Source: Dehalococcoidia bacterium
GTDB taxonomy: Bacteria > Chloroflexota > Dehalococcoidia > SM23-28-2 > RBG-16-64-32
Direction: 5' to 3'
DNA length: 64,000 bases
Assembly (NCBI GenBank): GCA_963665775.2
Contig: CAXXTF010000002.1
Span: 96,001 to 160,000 of the forward strand
Shown here: piece by piece, positions 1 through 10,754 of the stretch
Position numbering within the stretch: the first letter of the stretch is position 1
How the letters are laid out: each line of letters opens with the position of its first letter
Notes under the pieces: generated by a model
Seen by the model: the letters and a program-made list of their open reading frames with translations, nothing else
The model's database searches: none
Told to the model about the DNA's origin: nothing
Position numbers and translations under genes: made by a program

Positions 1-234
1 CGCGTCCAATTCGGTGAGGAAGCCGTCGCTACGGGCAGCCCAGGTGACACGGGTAAGTAGCCAGAAGCAGTAGTTGAGGGCGGGGTCGTCTCGAAGCGAG
101 ATCAGGTGTCGTTCGGCAGCCTCAGTGGTGGCCCTTGCAATAGCGGCGCCGTCTGCAGGCGTCTCACCAAGCAGTGCGACGACCGCGTTCCACTTCAACC
201 GATGAGGGAGGCGTCCTAAGCGAATATGACCCAT
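1..234 (-). CDS. N-terminal 78 codons of a hypothetical protein running off the window edge (MGHIRLGRLP...)
   Basis: ATG at 234 preceded by GGAAGGA RBS; open frame to position 1; absent from the ORF track because there is no stop in the window. Confidence 0.65.
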   Translation of the reverse strand, partial: MGHIRLGRLPHRLKWNAVVALLGETPADGAAIARATTEAAERHLISLRDDPALNYCFWLLTRVTWAARSDGFLTELDA

Positions 235-279
235 GAGTCGTCCTTCCGGCGGGTAGGCCGGGGTTTTAGTCGATCGCCT

Positions 280-491
280 CGACCTGCCCCATGAACGCTA
301 CCACACGCTATGTTAGTGCAGCCATTGCCATAGTCTCGATGTATGGCGGGGTGGAGCCTGGCCATGGCAGGATCGCTTGCGGTGCTAGCGGCCGGCAACC
401 AAGAACGCTATACGGGCGCACCGCACTGTAGTTTCATCGCCACGGCTCGCATAGCACCTGTGCTTCTGACCTGCACCCATAAACGCTACCA
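280..491 (-). mobile_element. Degenerate right-end remnants of the IS3-family element found elsewhere in the window
   Basis: 280-466 aligns by eye with 24849-25037 (acctgccc..aacgctaccaca.gctatgttagtg...tgtgcttc); a second IR-like copy tgacctgcacccataaacgctacca starts at 467. Confidence 0.75.
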
Positions 492-637
492 GACGCCACG
501 CTTGCACCCAGTTTGGTGACGGCGCTCGATGGTTGACCGCCCACCACAACTGGTACTACAGTACTACAGCCAGCATGCCTAGAGGCACCTTCCCTTCATT
601 ACGGCGCGGGATCCAACCGCAGAAAGGGACCACTCAA

Positions 638-3600
638 ATGGCGCGAGTGGCCGGAGCCGAGCCCATCTATCGAGTCGCTGATCTCTTTCGGCAACGTTGC
701 CTCATCGAAAGGCGATCACTCTTATGGGGTGAATCAGCTGTGTGGACGCCGGACAATCTGTCCGCGCTGTGGGACGCTTTCGACAAGAGTCGTGACGAGA
801 GCGACAGGTCCTTCTTCGACAAGCTTCGAGACCAAATCAGTGAGCAACCACCCGACGTCCATCGTGTGGCCGCGGATATCTTGGCACTATATCACCTGTT
901 CCCGTCAAATATCGCCGCCGAAACGAAGCTCAACAACGTCAAGACAGTCATCAGCTGGAAACTCCAGGGAGATCTGCCAGATTTCCTGCTATTGGAGAAG
1001 GCCTATTCGAAGGGCATAGGAAGCGGAGGCACGGGGTACCTCACAGGAAGGCCATGGCACTTCGCCTTCCTAATCAAGTTCTCACAAGGAATCCTCTCGG
1101 GAGAAGCCGACCCACTCGACCCGACATCCTGCCAGAAACTCGCCGACTCCGTTGAGAGCCAGATTCGGAGTAGTCGGGCTGCGCGACACGTGATCCTGCA
1201 CCTGCTACACCCGGACAGGTTCGAGCGAATCGCTAGCGAGAGGCACAAGCGCCAATTGATTGAAGCCTTCCAGGACCGAGCGGCCGCGGCAGAAGATCTT
1301 GACGATGCGCTGCTCAGCATAAGGCGTGCTTTCGAGGATGAGTATGATCGAGCGGACTTCGATTTCTACGACAAGGACGTTATCGCCCACTGGAACGCCG
1401 ATTTCTATGGAACCGACGGGGAGTCAGATCCTACCAAGATTGCAGAGCTGCTGGAGAACAAATCGTTAGCGGACAGGGACGTAATTAGCGAAAAGGGCTG
1501 GCAGAAAGCAGTACGGCCCATTACCCGACCCTTCCTACAACGAATAGCAGACAAACTCGGAACCGGGGTGAAATTCTTCTCTGGGAGAGATGCAAAGCTA
1601 AAACGGGAATCCTATGACACGCTCGCCGTCGAATTGGATGGCGTCTCCGCGGTCGTCTATGTTGGATGCGCAGATAACGCTGACGGGAACCTTGAGCAAC
1701 AACTCAGTTGGGGACTGCACTCCTGGGGGGCAGCCGACTCCGCCGAGCAGCGCATACGCGCAGCGGAGAGCCTGAGCATACCAGGATTTACCCTGCGAGC
1801 TATTGACGGGATCAAGGCCAGTGGATTCGGCGGAACAACCGTTGTCCTATTCAGGTCGAGGTCGGCCGAAGAACTTCGAGGTTTGCCGGAAGATGAGCTT
1901 GTAGGCGAAATCGCTGACGACCTCAAAACCATCATTGCCAAAGCTTCTGCTCCGGTCGAGGAGCCCCGCGTCTGGATAGAGAAAACAATCGTACATGGGC
2001 GGCCGCATCGTCAATCCGGAGAGCACGCTCTCGGCAAGGTGCTCTGGTCCCCGCAGCACAGCAGAGGGGGCGGCGACATATATCACTTCATGCGCGACGT
2101 GAAGGAGGGCGACATCGTCCTGCACCTGACGGACAACGAGGCGTTTGCCGGCATGTCAATTGTCGGCAGCCCGGCTGAAGATTTCGCGGGCGTGGCAAAC
2201 TCGGAATGGGGCGAGGGCGATTCATACTTGGTGCGACTCCGGGACTTCGAGAGACTAGATCCACCACTGTCGCGAGAGGTCGTCTTTGAATCCCCTTATC
2301 GAGAGCAGCTCGTCGCGTTACTAGAAGAGGGAGAGAAGAATCTCTTCTATAATCGAGGGCCGAGCCTCAATCAGGGTGCACACCTGACACCCGCGCCCAC
2401 GGCACTGGTCGCTATTCTGAACGATGCGTACCGCCAGGTCGCCGGGCGGCCCCTCGTCGAGTTGACGCCCCCGAAACTCAACGCTCTGCTTGTCGGTACA
2501 GCGGCCTATCAGGAGAAGCACGCTCTGCTCGTTGAGGAACAACTCCAGTCCCAAGATCGAGCGACTTCATGGTGGCACATCCCAATCACAGGTGATCGAG
2601 AGCGAGTGCTGATCGAATCGGGTTACGTGTACTTGTACAGGGGCCAGCCCGGCCAGGAGTTGACGCACCGCTATCATGTGGTCGATCACAGCACCACGAG
2701 CGGCAACACAGGAATCGCCTGCCCCTGGCCCGAATTCGCGCAACCAGAGTTGCTGGACAGGACAAGCGCCGGCCCCGACAGCGACGAAGTATTCAAGACG
2801 TGGCTCTTGATCGACCGCGTCGAAGAGCTCGATCCCCCTATTGATTTGAGCTAGGTCGAGAAGGCGGACGGTGAACCCGCAGATCCGAGCGCCCTTGTTG
2901 GAGGATTTGGACTGTGGCGCACTAAGAAAAGCAGTCGCGCCCACACGTGGATCTTTCAAGCGAATCCGGCGATTTACGACATTCGCGGCTCCATCCAAGT
3001 GCTTCAAGAGGATACTTGGCTCGTGCGGCAACATGGCAACGAGATTCGGCCAGGAGATAGAGTGTACTTGTGGGAGGCCGGACCGAACGGCGGCATTATT
3101 GCGACTGCCGACGTTCTCAGCCAGCCCAGCACGATGTTGTTGCCTGACGAGTCTACGCCTTTCGTTAGAGAGCCGTCCAAGCTGGAAGGTCCACAAAATC
3201 GCGTTACGGTTCGTATTAACAATCTTGTAGACCCGATCCTAACCCGGGAAGAAGTGCTTAGGCAGCCAGAGCTCGCGAACCTCAGCATATTGCGACAACC
3301 GCAAGGGACAAATTTCAGCGTAGATCGAAGACAGTCTGAGGTGCTCGAACGTCTCCTTGCCGAGCGGGATGAGGCGCTGATCAATCCTGAGTACAGTCTG
3401 AACCAGTTGGCTCTTGAGACCGGCTTCGACGAAGCGACGATGGAGCGCTGGGTGCGCGCAATCGAAAGAAAAGGCCAAGCGATAATCTACGGACCGCTAG
3501 GCACTGGCAAAACCTATCTGGCGCAGCAGCTCAGCAGACACATTGTTGGTGGTGCTGACGGACTACAAGATATCGTGCAGTTCCACCCAGCGTATGTCTA

Positions 3601-4213
3601 TGAAGATTTCATACAGGGCATCCGACCTCAGGCCAGCGAAGGTGGCGGACTTGACTATCCGGTGATTTCCGGTCGCTTCGTCGAATTCTGTGCAAAGGCT
3701 CGGATGCGACAGGGACACTGCGTTCTAATCATCGACGAGATCAATAGGGCGAATCTGGCAAGGGTATTTGGCGAGCTGATGTACCTGCTTGAGTACCGCG
3801 GCCGCGAGATCCCGATGGCTGGTGGCGGCACCTTGAAAATCCCCGAGAACGTCCGAGTCATAGGCACCATGAACACCGCCGACCGCTCGATCGCTCTGGT
3901 GGATCATGCGCTTCGCCGAAGATTCGCGTTTTTGGCCCTCTATCCTGATTATGAGGTCCTGCGGAAGTACCACGCATCCACCGGCTACCCCACAGATCCG
4001 TTGGTGGGTGTCCTGCAGGCACTGAACCGACAGATAGGCGACCGGCATTACGAAGTCGGAGTCACCTTCTTCCTGTTGAAGAATCTGGCAGACCATATTG
4101 AGGACATTTGGCGAATGGAGATCGAGCCCTACCTGGAGGAGTATTTCTTTGACCAGCCCGAGAAGGTAGCTGAGTTTCGCTGGGATAGGGTTGGGGAGAG
4201 ACTTTCTCCGTGA
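638..4213 (+). pseudogene. mcrB: McrB-family AAA+ GTPase with extended multi-domain N-terminus (EVE/PUA-like readers), split by an in-frame TAG at 2852-2854
   Basis: ORFs 533-2854 and 2999-4213 share a frame with an open linker encoding the EVE start HTWIFQANP; Walker A GPLGTGKT, Walker B LIIDEINR, McrB signature MNTADRS; ATG at 638. Confidence 0.85.
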
Positions 4214-5424
4214 ATGCCCCTCCCACCCAAATTGTGGAGCTCACAGAGTACGCCACCAAGAGCTTCCCACGCGAGGACATCCCTGACAGCGTAGCCGAGG
4301 CGTTATGGCGGAACCATAGCGCTAAGGTCGCGGTAGAGTTCCCATCACCGAAGACCGCCTATAAGTGGGAACTCACCGCCCAGGGCTGGGTAGGCTACAT
4401 TCCCTTGTCTCCAGAACTGCGTTTGTGGCTTCGCCCAAAGGTGGAGCTGTCCAACCTGTTTCACATGCTTGAATATGCGTACCACCTCAAGAGCTTCATC
4501 TTCCTTGAGGGCCTTTTCGAGTGCCAATCACTCCAGGAATTCTACGAGCGCCTGGCGAATGTCCTGGCCAAACGAATCCTGAACCGCGGCCGCCAGGGAT
4601 TCTATCGAACCTACGTACCCAGAACAGAGCGCCTGCCCTACCTGCGCGGCCGACTCGAGATTCCATCACTGGTACGAGCACCTTGGGACGCAAACATGCA
4701 GTGCCACTATCATGAGCACACCGCTGATGTCGAGGAGAACCAGATCCTCGCCTGGACGCTCTTCACGATAGCCCGGAGCGGCATGTGCTCGGAGCGCGCC
4801 ATGCCGGCAATAAGCCGGGCGCACCGCGCCCTGCAGGGATTCGTAACGCTCGTCCCGCAGGGCCCAGAGGCATGTACAGGGCGGCTCTATCATCGGCTAA
4901 ACGATGACTACAGGCCGTTGCACGCCTTATGTCGGTTCTTCCTAGAGCATAGCGGGCCACATCACGAGACGGGCGATCGAACTATGGTGCCATTCTTAGT
5001 TGATATGGCACGCCTTTTCGAATTGTTTGTCGCAGAATGGCTGGCAGCACACTTGCCGGAGGGGCTGGAGTTGAAGCCTCAAGAAAGTGTAGCCATCGGT
5101 GATGGAGACACTCCTGGCTTTGTAATCGACCTAGTGCTATACGACACGGCCAGTGGCACCGCACGCTGCGTGATGGACACGAAGTATAAGACCCCGACGG
5201 CACCTTCGACTGAAGACATCGCTCAGATAGTTGCCTACGCTGAGGCTAGGGGCTGCCAAGATGTGATCCTGATCTACCCAACTGAACTGCCGAGGCCGCT
5301 TGATGCCACTGTCGGGAGTATTCGAATCCGAAGTCTGGCCTATTCTGTGGACACGGACATCGAGCAGTCAGGGCTCGACCTGATGCATAACCTACTCAAT
5401 GCCGGGCAGTCCGGCGGCTTCTAG
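4210..5424 (+). CDS. mcrC: McrC-family PD-(D/E)xK restriction endonuclease subunit
   Basis: GTGA overlap with mcrB; motifs DMARLFELFV, IDLVL, MDTKYK, DIAQIVAYA. Confidence 0.9.
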   Translation: MNAPPTQIVELTEYATKSFPREDIPDSVAEALWRNHSAKVAVEFPSPKTAYKWELTAQGWVGYIPLSPELRLWLRPKVELSNLFHMLEYAYHLKSFIFLEGLFECQSLQEFYERLANVLAKRILNRGRQGFYRTYVPRTERLPYLRGRLEIPSLVRAPWDANMQCHYHEHTADVEENQILAWTLFTIARSGMCSERAMPAISRAHRALQGFVTLVPQGPEACTGRLYHRLNDDYRPLHALCRFFLEHSGPHHETGDRTMVPFLVDMARLFELFVAEWLAAHLPEGLELKPQESVAIGDGDTPGFVIDLVLYDTASGTARCVMDTKYKTPTAPSTEDIAQIVAYAEARGCQDVILIYPTELPRPLDATVGSIRIRSLAYSVDTDIEQSGLDLMHNLLNAGQSGGF

Positions 5425-5562
5425 CCTCCCTATTAATTGTGTGGTGCCACAATTTCACCCGTATCTGGCAGGGTTAACGGCATGAGAGAAGAAGGCTACG
5501 AAATGGAGTCCGACTGCAGGCACGTTGCATCCAGCGATGATCCGTTCACGGCCCGCATGCGC

Positions 5563-5638
5563 TACGGAGCTGACCCCACCTCAAATCTCTCGGGTTTTTC
5601 TACCCCCTCATCTGTCCCATTATCGCTGACGGTCTACA
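5563..5638 (-). mobile_element. Orphan left end of the IS at 10755-12280
   Basis: About 75 bp identical to 12206-12280 (acggagctgaccccacc...gacggtctaca). Confidence 0.9.
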
Positions 5639-5639
5639 C

Positions 5640-5951
5640 CCAGGTACATCAGGCTCCGGAATCGTCAACACTGATGCGTTGGGCTTCCAATGGGTTGAAT
5701 TGTCTTCGTCAGAGGATGAAGGGAAGTCATTTGCCGTGAGATTTCCGGAAGATACGACTTTGTCATTTCCAACAAGCGATGCGAGAGCAAGAATCAGAGG
5801 ATTCCGATTCAAAGTCAGGTACAACATAGCCACAGAGAAGATTGCAATATATGGTGAAGATTACGTTTCCTTGGTCATGCATGCGATTTTCGAAGACAGG
5901 AAATTCGCCATTTCTCCAGATGGAGCAATCCATGTATTCGGTTCTCCTTGA
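5640..5951 (+). pseudogene. C-terminal fragment of a hypothetical protein, truncated at the IS end
   Basis: Protein-like frame (PGTSGSGIVNTDALGFQW...HVFGSP) begins directly at the IS remnant boundary. Confidence 0.45.
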
Positions 5952-6194
5952 CAGATACCTTGGTTTCGAACTATCGACTTTCGTACTGGAAGGGACTCGA
6001 TGACCAACATAGCCCGAGAGAGTACCATTGAGGTTCCGGGGGTACCCGTAGGATTGCAATCCCTCGCAAAGGAGGACATCGGGATACTGTTAAACGCAAT
6101 ATCGACAATTGCTGACGCACAGGGAATACAATTCCTGCTCAATAAGATTCGTGTGACCGACTGTTTTGAAGACGGAATTTCCTAGTTTAAGGTC

Positions 6195-6223
6195 TTGACC
6201 TTCCGCCCTCCCTGTGCGATAAT
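6195..6223 (+). promoter_or_regulatory. Sigma70-type promoter overlapping the left TIR
   Basis: TTGACC-N17-GATAAT with TG extension. Confidence 0.6.
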
Positions 6224-6265
6224 CATAGTGTGGACAGTGATTACGTACTAAGAAGGACGGAAGGT

Positions 6266-7153
6266 ATGAACATTATAACAGTTTTCGAGCGGTTTCCAAC
6301 CCAAGTAGATTGCATCAAACACCTGGAAAAGGCTCGTTGGGGCGATCAAGCAACCTGCCCCTACTGCACCTCCACCAATACCAAGCCACTCCAGCATCGT
6401 CACCGCTGCTACACTTGTAAGACCTCTTTCAGCGTTACAGTCGGCACCATCTTCCACCATACCCATATGCCCCTTCAGAAGTGGTTCCTTGCAGTTACGC
6501 TCATTCTGAATGCTAAGAAGGGGTTATCAGCCCTGCAACTTTCCCGTGATCTCCAAGTGAACAAGAACACTGCTTGGAGAATTGCTATGCAAATCCGTAA
6601 GGCGATGACCCAATCGGAACAACGTGGACTGCTCACTGGCATCGTGGAGATGGACGAAACGTACATCGGCGGCAAGCCTCGCAAGGGTACTAAAGGCGAC
6701 GGGCCGGATGGCCAGCATCTCCGGGGGCGCGGCACCAGTAAGACCCCCGTGGTGGGGGCCGTGGAACGCGGCGGCAAGGTCACGGCAAAGGCGACCGACA
6801 AGACCAAACTCCGGGGATACCACCTTCGAGCCTTTGTCCGTGAGCGTGTCAACACGTCTAGTGCGGCTCTTGTCACGGATGAGTACAAAGGCTATCTGGG
6901 TATGGACAAGGTACTCCCACACGCCGTTATCAAGCATCAAGACTGGTACGTCGATGGCGATATCCACACGAACACCATCGAGGGGTTTTGGGCATTGCTC
7001 AAGCGGGGCATGTTCGGCCAGTACCATAGCGTGAGTCGAAGGCGTCTACAACGCTACGTAGATGAGTTCTGCTATCGCTACAATCTCCGACACATGGAAG
7101 CTCAGGCAGCATTCGACCAGACTATTAACCGAGGATTGGGGGGGACGGCATGA
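6266..7153 (+). CDS. IS1595-family transposase
   Basis: Zn ribbon CPYC...CYTC, HTH, VEMDETYIGG, LVTDEY, HTNTIEGFWALLKR, YVDEFCYRYN. Confidence 0.95.
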   Translation: MNIITVFERFPTQVDCIKHLEKARWGDQATCPYCTSTNTKPLQHRHRCYTCKTSFSVTVGTIFHHTHMPLQKWFLAVTLILNAKKGLSALQLSRDLQVNKNTAWRIAMQIRKAMTQSEQRGLLTGIVEMDETYIGGKPRKGTKGDGPDGQHLRGRGTSKTPVVGAVERGGKVTAKATDKTKLRGYHLRAFVRERVNTSSAALVTDEYKGYLGMDKVLPHAVIKHQDWYVDGDIHTNTIEGFWALLKRGMFGQYHSVSRRRLQRYVDEFCYRYNLRHMEAQAAFDQTINRGLGGTA

Positions 7154-8028
7154 GCACAGAGCCTTTGAAAGTTATTGCAGGAGCACCAGACCGCCCGTTG
7201 GTGATCGGTGATATTGAGATACCCTGCTACGTAGTGGAGGATGAGACACGGGTTTTGAGTCAACGTGGCGTTACGGCAGGCATAGGGCTTAACCCTGATG
7301 CAGGCTTTAGAATGCCGCAATTCATGGCCTCTAGGAGCATTGCCAAGTACGTTTCGGCGGATTCTATGCCGGCCTTGAAACATCCAGTCCGCTTCAAAAA
7401 TCCCGTTGGGGGAGGTGTTGCTTTAGGCTATCCAGCAACGCTCCTGAGTGACATTTGTGGTGCGGTTCTAGCATGTCGGCGGGCTGGTACTCTGTCACCC
7501 GTGCACACTCACATAGCGGAGCGATGTGAACTTTTATTACACGGCCTTGCCAACGTCGGCATCGTCGCCCTGGTGGACGAAGCTACAGGCTACCAGGACG
7601 TCCGGTCACAACGTGCCCTCGCAAAAATCCTAGAGGAGTTTATAGCCAAGGAACTCCAGCCGTGGACCAGGACCTTTCCCTACGAATTCTACACGGAGAT
7701 TGCCCGTCTGAAAGAGTGGCCAGAGATATACAGCATAAAGCGTCCGTCAGTGATTGGCCACTATACGAATGATATTGTTTACGCCCGCATCGCGCCCGGA
7801 CTCCTTGAAGAGTTGCAGAGCGTCAACCCAATGCTGCCAACTGGTAGGCGAAAGAACCGGCATCATCAATGGTTCACGCCAGACTTGGGGCATCCGAGGC
7901 TGAAAGAGCACCTAGCAGCCGTCACAGCCTTAATGCGGGCCGCCCCGAACTGGGCCGCTTTCCAGCGTAGCCTACAGCGTGCTTTTCACAAACTCAATGA
8001 CGACTTGCCTTTACCCATAGAGGATTAG
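7150..8028 (+). CDS. P63C-domain protein
   Basis: IPCYVVEDETRVLSQRG, VGIVALVDEATGYQD, WTRTFPYEFY, RHHQWFT; ATGA overlap with the transposase. Confidence 0.9.
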   Translation: MSTEPLKVIAGAPDRPLVIGDIEIPCYVVEDETRVLSQRGVTAGIGLNPDAGFRMPQFMASRSIAKYVSADSMPALKHPVRFKNPVGGGVALGYPATLLSDICGAVLACRRAGTLSPVHTHIAERCELLLHGLANVGIVALVDEATGYQDVRSQRALAKILEEFIAKELQPWTRTFPYEFYTEIARLKEWPEIYSIKRPSVIGHYTNDIVYARIAPGLLEELQSVNPMLPTGRRKNRHHQWFTPDLGHPRLKEHLAAVTALMRAAPNWAAFQRSLQRAFHKLNDDLPLPIED

Positions 8029-8030
8029 CT

Positions 8031-9253
8031 ATGGCTGCTAACTTCTCTCATCAGACCATCTGGACAGGTGACAACCTGGACATCCTCCGAGGGATGAACA
8101 GCGAGTGCGTGGACCTCATATACCTGGACCCGCCTTTTAACTCCAACAAGACCTATGAGGCCCCCATTGGCTCGGAAGCTGCCGGTGCTGCTTTCAAGGA
8201 CACGTGGACGCTGTCTGACGTGGATGAAGCATGGCATGGGGAGATAGCGGACAGGGAACCGGTGCTCTATGCCATCATAGATGCTGCCGGGCAGTCTCAC
8301 GGCAAAGGTATGAAGTCGTACCTGATTATGATGGCGGTTCGGCTACTGGAGATGCGGCGTGTCTTGAAGGACACGGGGAGCATCTACCTCCACTGCGACC
8401 CTACGGCCAGCCACTACCTGAAAATGCTGATGGACTCCATTTGGGAACCACGCAACTTTCTTAATGAGGTCATCTGGTACTATCGAGGGGCGGGAGTGCC
8501 CAAGAGTGCTCGTGCCCGACGGCATGACACCATCCTATGGTACGCAAGGCAAGCCGGTAGTCACTGCTTCAACGCGGATCCTATACGTCAACCGTATGCA
8601 GAGACTACCATTGAACGATTCAGTCACTATATAGGGAACATTAGAGGTGGCACGGATTTTGGCCAACAAGCATTGAATCCCATTGGGAAGCATCCAGACG
8701 ATGTCATAACCCATATTCAGCCAATCGCCCCATCAGCCAAGGCAAGGATAGGCTACCCAACTCAGAAGCCAGTAGAGTTGCTTGAAAGCATCTTCTTATC
8801 TTCAAGTAATCCTGGCGATCTTGTCCTAGACCCCTTCTGTGGCTGTGCTACCGCTTGCATTGCTGCGGAGAAGCTGGGTAGGAAGTGGGTCGGCATTGAC
8901 ATATCCCCAAAGCAGCAGACCTAGTTAAACTGCGACTGCATAACGAGATCGGGCTATTCTGGCAAGGGGCGCACCGGACGGATATACCGATGCGAACGGA
9001 CCTGGGAGTTCTCCTCAACTACCGGACACACAAACATACCCTGTTTGGAAGGCAGGAGGGGCTCTGTGCTGGCTGCCAAGTGATGTTCCCGTTCAGGAAT
9101 ATGACCGTTGATCATATAGTCCCGCAGTCAAAAGGCGGGACAGATCACCGAGACAATCTACAACTGCTGTGCAATGCCTGTAACTCGATGAAGGGTGCAG
9201 GGACACAGGAAATTTTCATAGCCAAGTTAACGTCCACGGGCATCAGAAGTTAG
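8031..9253 (+). CDS. N6-A/N4-C DNA methyltransferase fused to a C-terminal HNH endonuclease (1-nt frameshift near 8910)
   Basis: DLIYLDPPF, YPTQKP, DPFCGCAT; adding one base in ccccaaag gives ISPKAADLVKLRL...RTDLG continuous with CAGC...DHIVPQSKGG...NLQLLCNACN. Confidence 0.85.
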
Positions 9254-10379
9254 AGTATGTCAAGACCTTAAACTAGGAAATTCCGTTTGAAGATGACGTT
9301 AATCGATTGCTCAATGAGCGCTCAGGTCTTACAGGGTATGTGGCTGCCCGAAACAATGCGCACGCGATTGGCAAGACCCTTTGGATCCGCTCCCAGCAAG
9401 GAGACCTTAGCTTTGCAGTGATTATCGATGCGAAACAGATAGGCTCGTGGGGGCTCAAGAATCCGCGGTGCCTGACAACCGTACTCCACGAGCTGATTCA
9501 CGTACTCTACGAAGAGCGCCACTTTAAGAGGCTGGGAGAGGAAGAGTACACCGCCGATGCCGACACAAGGGAGCGATGGCTGGACGGCTGGGCCAGCTCG
9601 CTTCTTGATGAGTTCGACGTGGACCGCCTTGTCAACGCTCTAGTTGGCGGACTAGCTACAAAGGATGACGGGCAGCCTTGGTCTCTGCGAGAACTGGATG
9701 AGGATCAGGGGATAGATTGGGTTCAGGGGCTGCTTGATAGTCTTGCCCAGACGCCACGTTTGATAGAAGAACAGGTATGGCAGTTTCAGACTAGGCAAAT
9801 GGGGATCGACGACCTCGCCACGGTGGTGATTCCCGACATCAACGACCTTCTCAAGTTGCTGAGCCGTACCGCTTCGAGGTACGTGGGAACCGAGCTTTGG
9901 CCAGACATTGTAGAGCGAATCAAGGAGACGGACGCCTCTCAACGTTTCTTCAAGGAGCACCTCGATACCATCCTTGGTCAACTTGATGATGCTCAGTTGC
10001 CGTTTGAGGAGTCCGTTCAGATTGTTGCGCATGCAGTAGAAGGGATATTCCACAACAGCGGCCTCAGCTTTCAGACAGTTCCCGAAGGCGTTTACATCTC
10101 CGTTGACACGCCGTCGCGTTAGCTGGAAGTCCCTGGGGGTTGAAGCGCGGTCAAGGATGGTGAAGGCTTGTCCGATGCCCAGACTGTCCATCCTGGGGCC
10201 GGGACATTGGGCAGCCAGTGTAATAGCGACCATCGCAGGGAGGTATGGGACATGCATCGGGTGATGGCGCTGCTTCTGACCACCCTGACATGTCATGGCT
10301 GGCGGGTAGCAGACCCCAGGGAGCCTCACAGAGCCCCCAACCACATCTCGAAGACAGTACCACCTACTATCCACTTTGG

Positions 10380-10694
10380 CCCGCCGAAACGGACCGGGAG
10401 GCGCTGGCTGCCCTCTACAACGCAACCGACGGTGAGAACTGGGAGTACAGTGTTAACTGGCTGAGCGACGCGCCCCTCGGCCAATGGTTCAGCGTCATCA
10501 CAAACGACGACGGGCGCGTTACAGGGCTGGAACTCTGGGACAACGACTTGAGCGGGGAGATACCGGCGGAGCTGGGCAGCCTCTCCAACCAGATAGCTCT
10601 GAACCTCTACGACAACGAGTTGAGCGGGTGCGTGCCAAGCAGCCTGGAAGACCAGTTGACCCCCGATGGCCTTGGCGACCTGCCCTTCTGCTGA
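10380..10694 (+). pseudogene. Plant-receptor-type LRR protein fragment (N-cap, one LRR, C-cap)
   Basis: TDREALAALYNATDGENW...NWLSDAPLGQW, LSGEIPAELGSL, LSGCVPSSL, LGDLPFC; no credible start. Confidence 0.7.
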
Positions 10695-10754
10695 AGCCAC
10701 GCGCCCTCAGCCGAGGACGGACGGCATATCGTCCATATCGTCTGGGCGGCTGAC

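Larger units (their letters stand above)
6173..9285 (+). mobile_element. IS1595-family transposon with passenger genes
   Basis: Perfect 27-bp TIRs CGGAATTTCCTAGTTTAAGGTCTTGAC (6173-6199 / 9259-9285); 8-bp TSD TTTGAAGA (6165-6172 / 9286-9293). Confidence 0.97.
6000..10122 (+). pseudogene. HExxH (zincin-like) hypothetical protein of about 333 aa interrupted by the IS1595 element
   Basis: Removing 6173-9293 rejoins the frame (VTDCFE-DDVNRLLNERS); TTVLHELIH motif in the 3' part. Confidence 0.85.
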
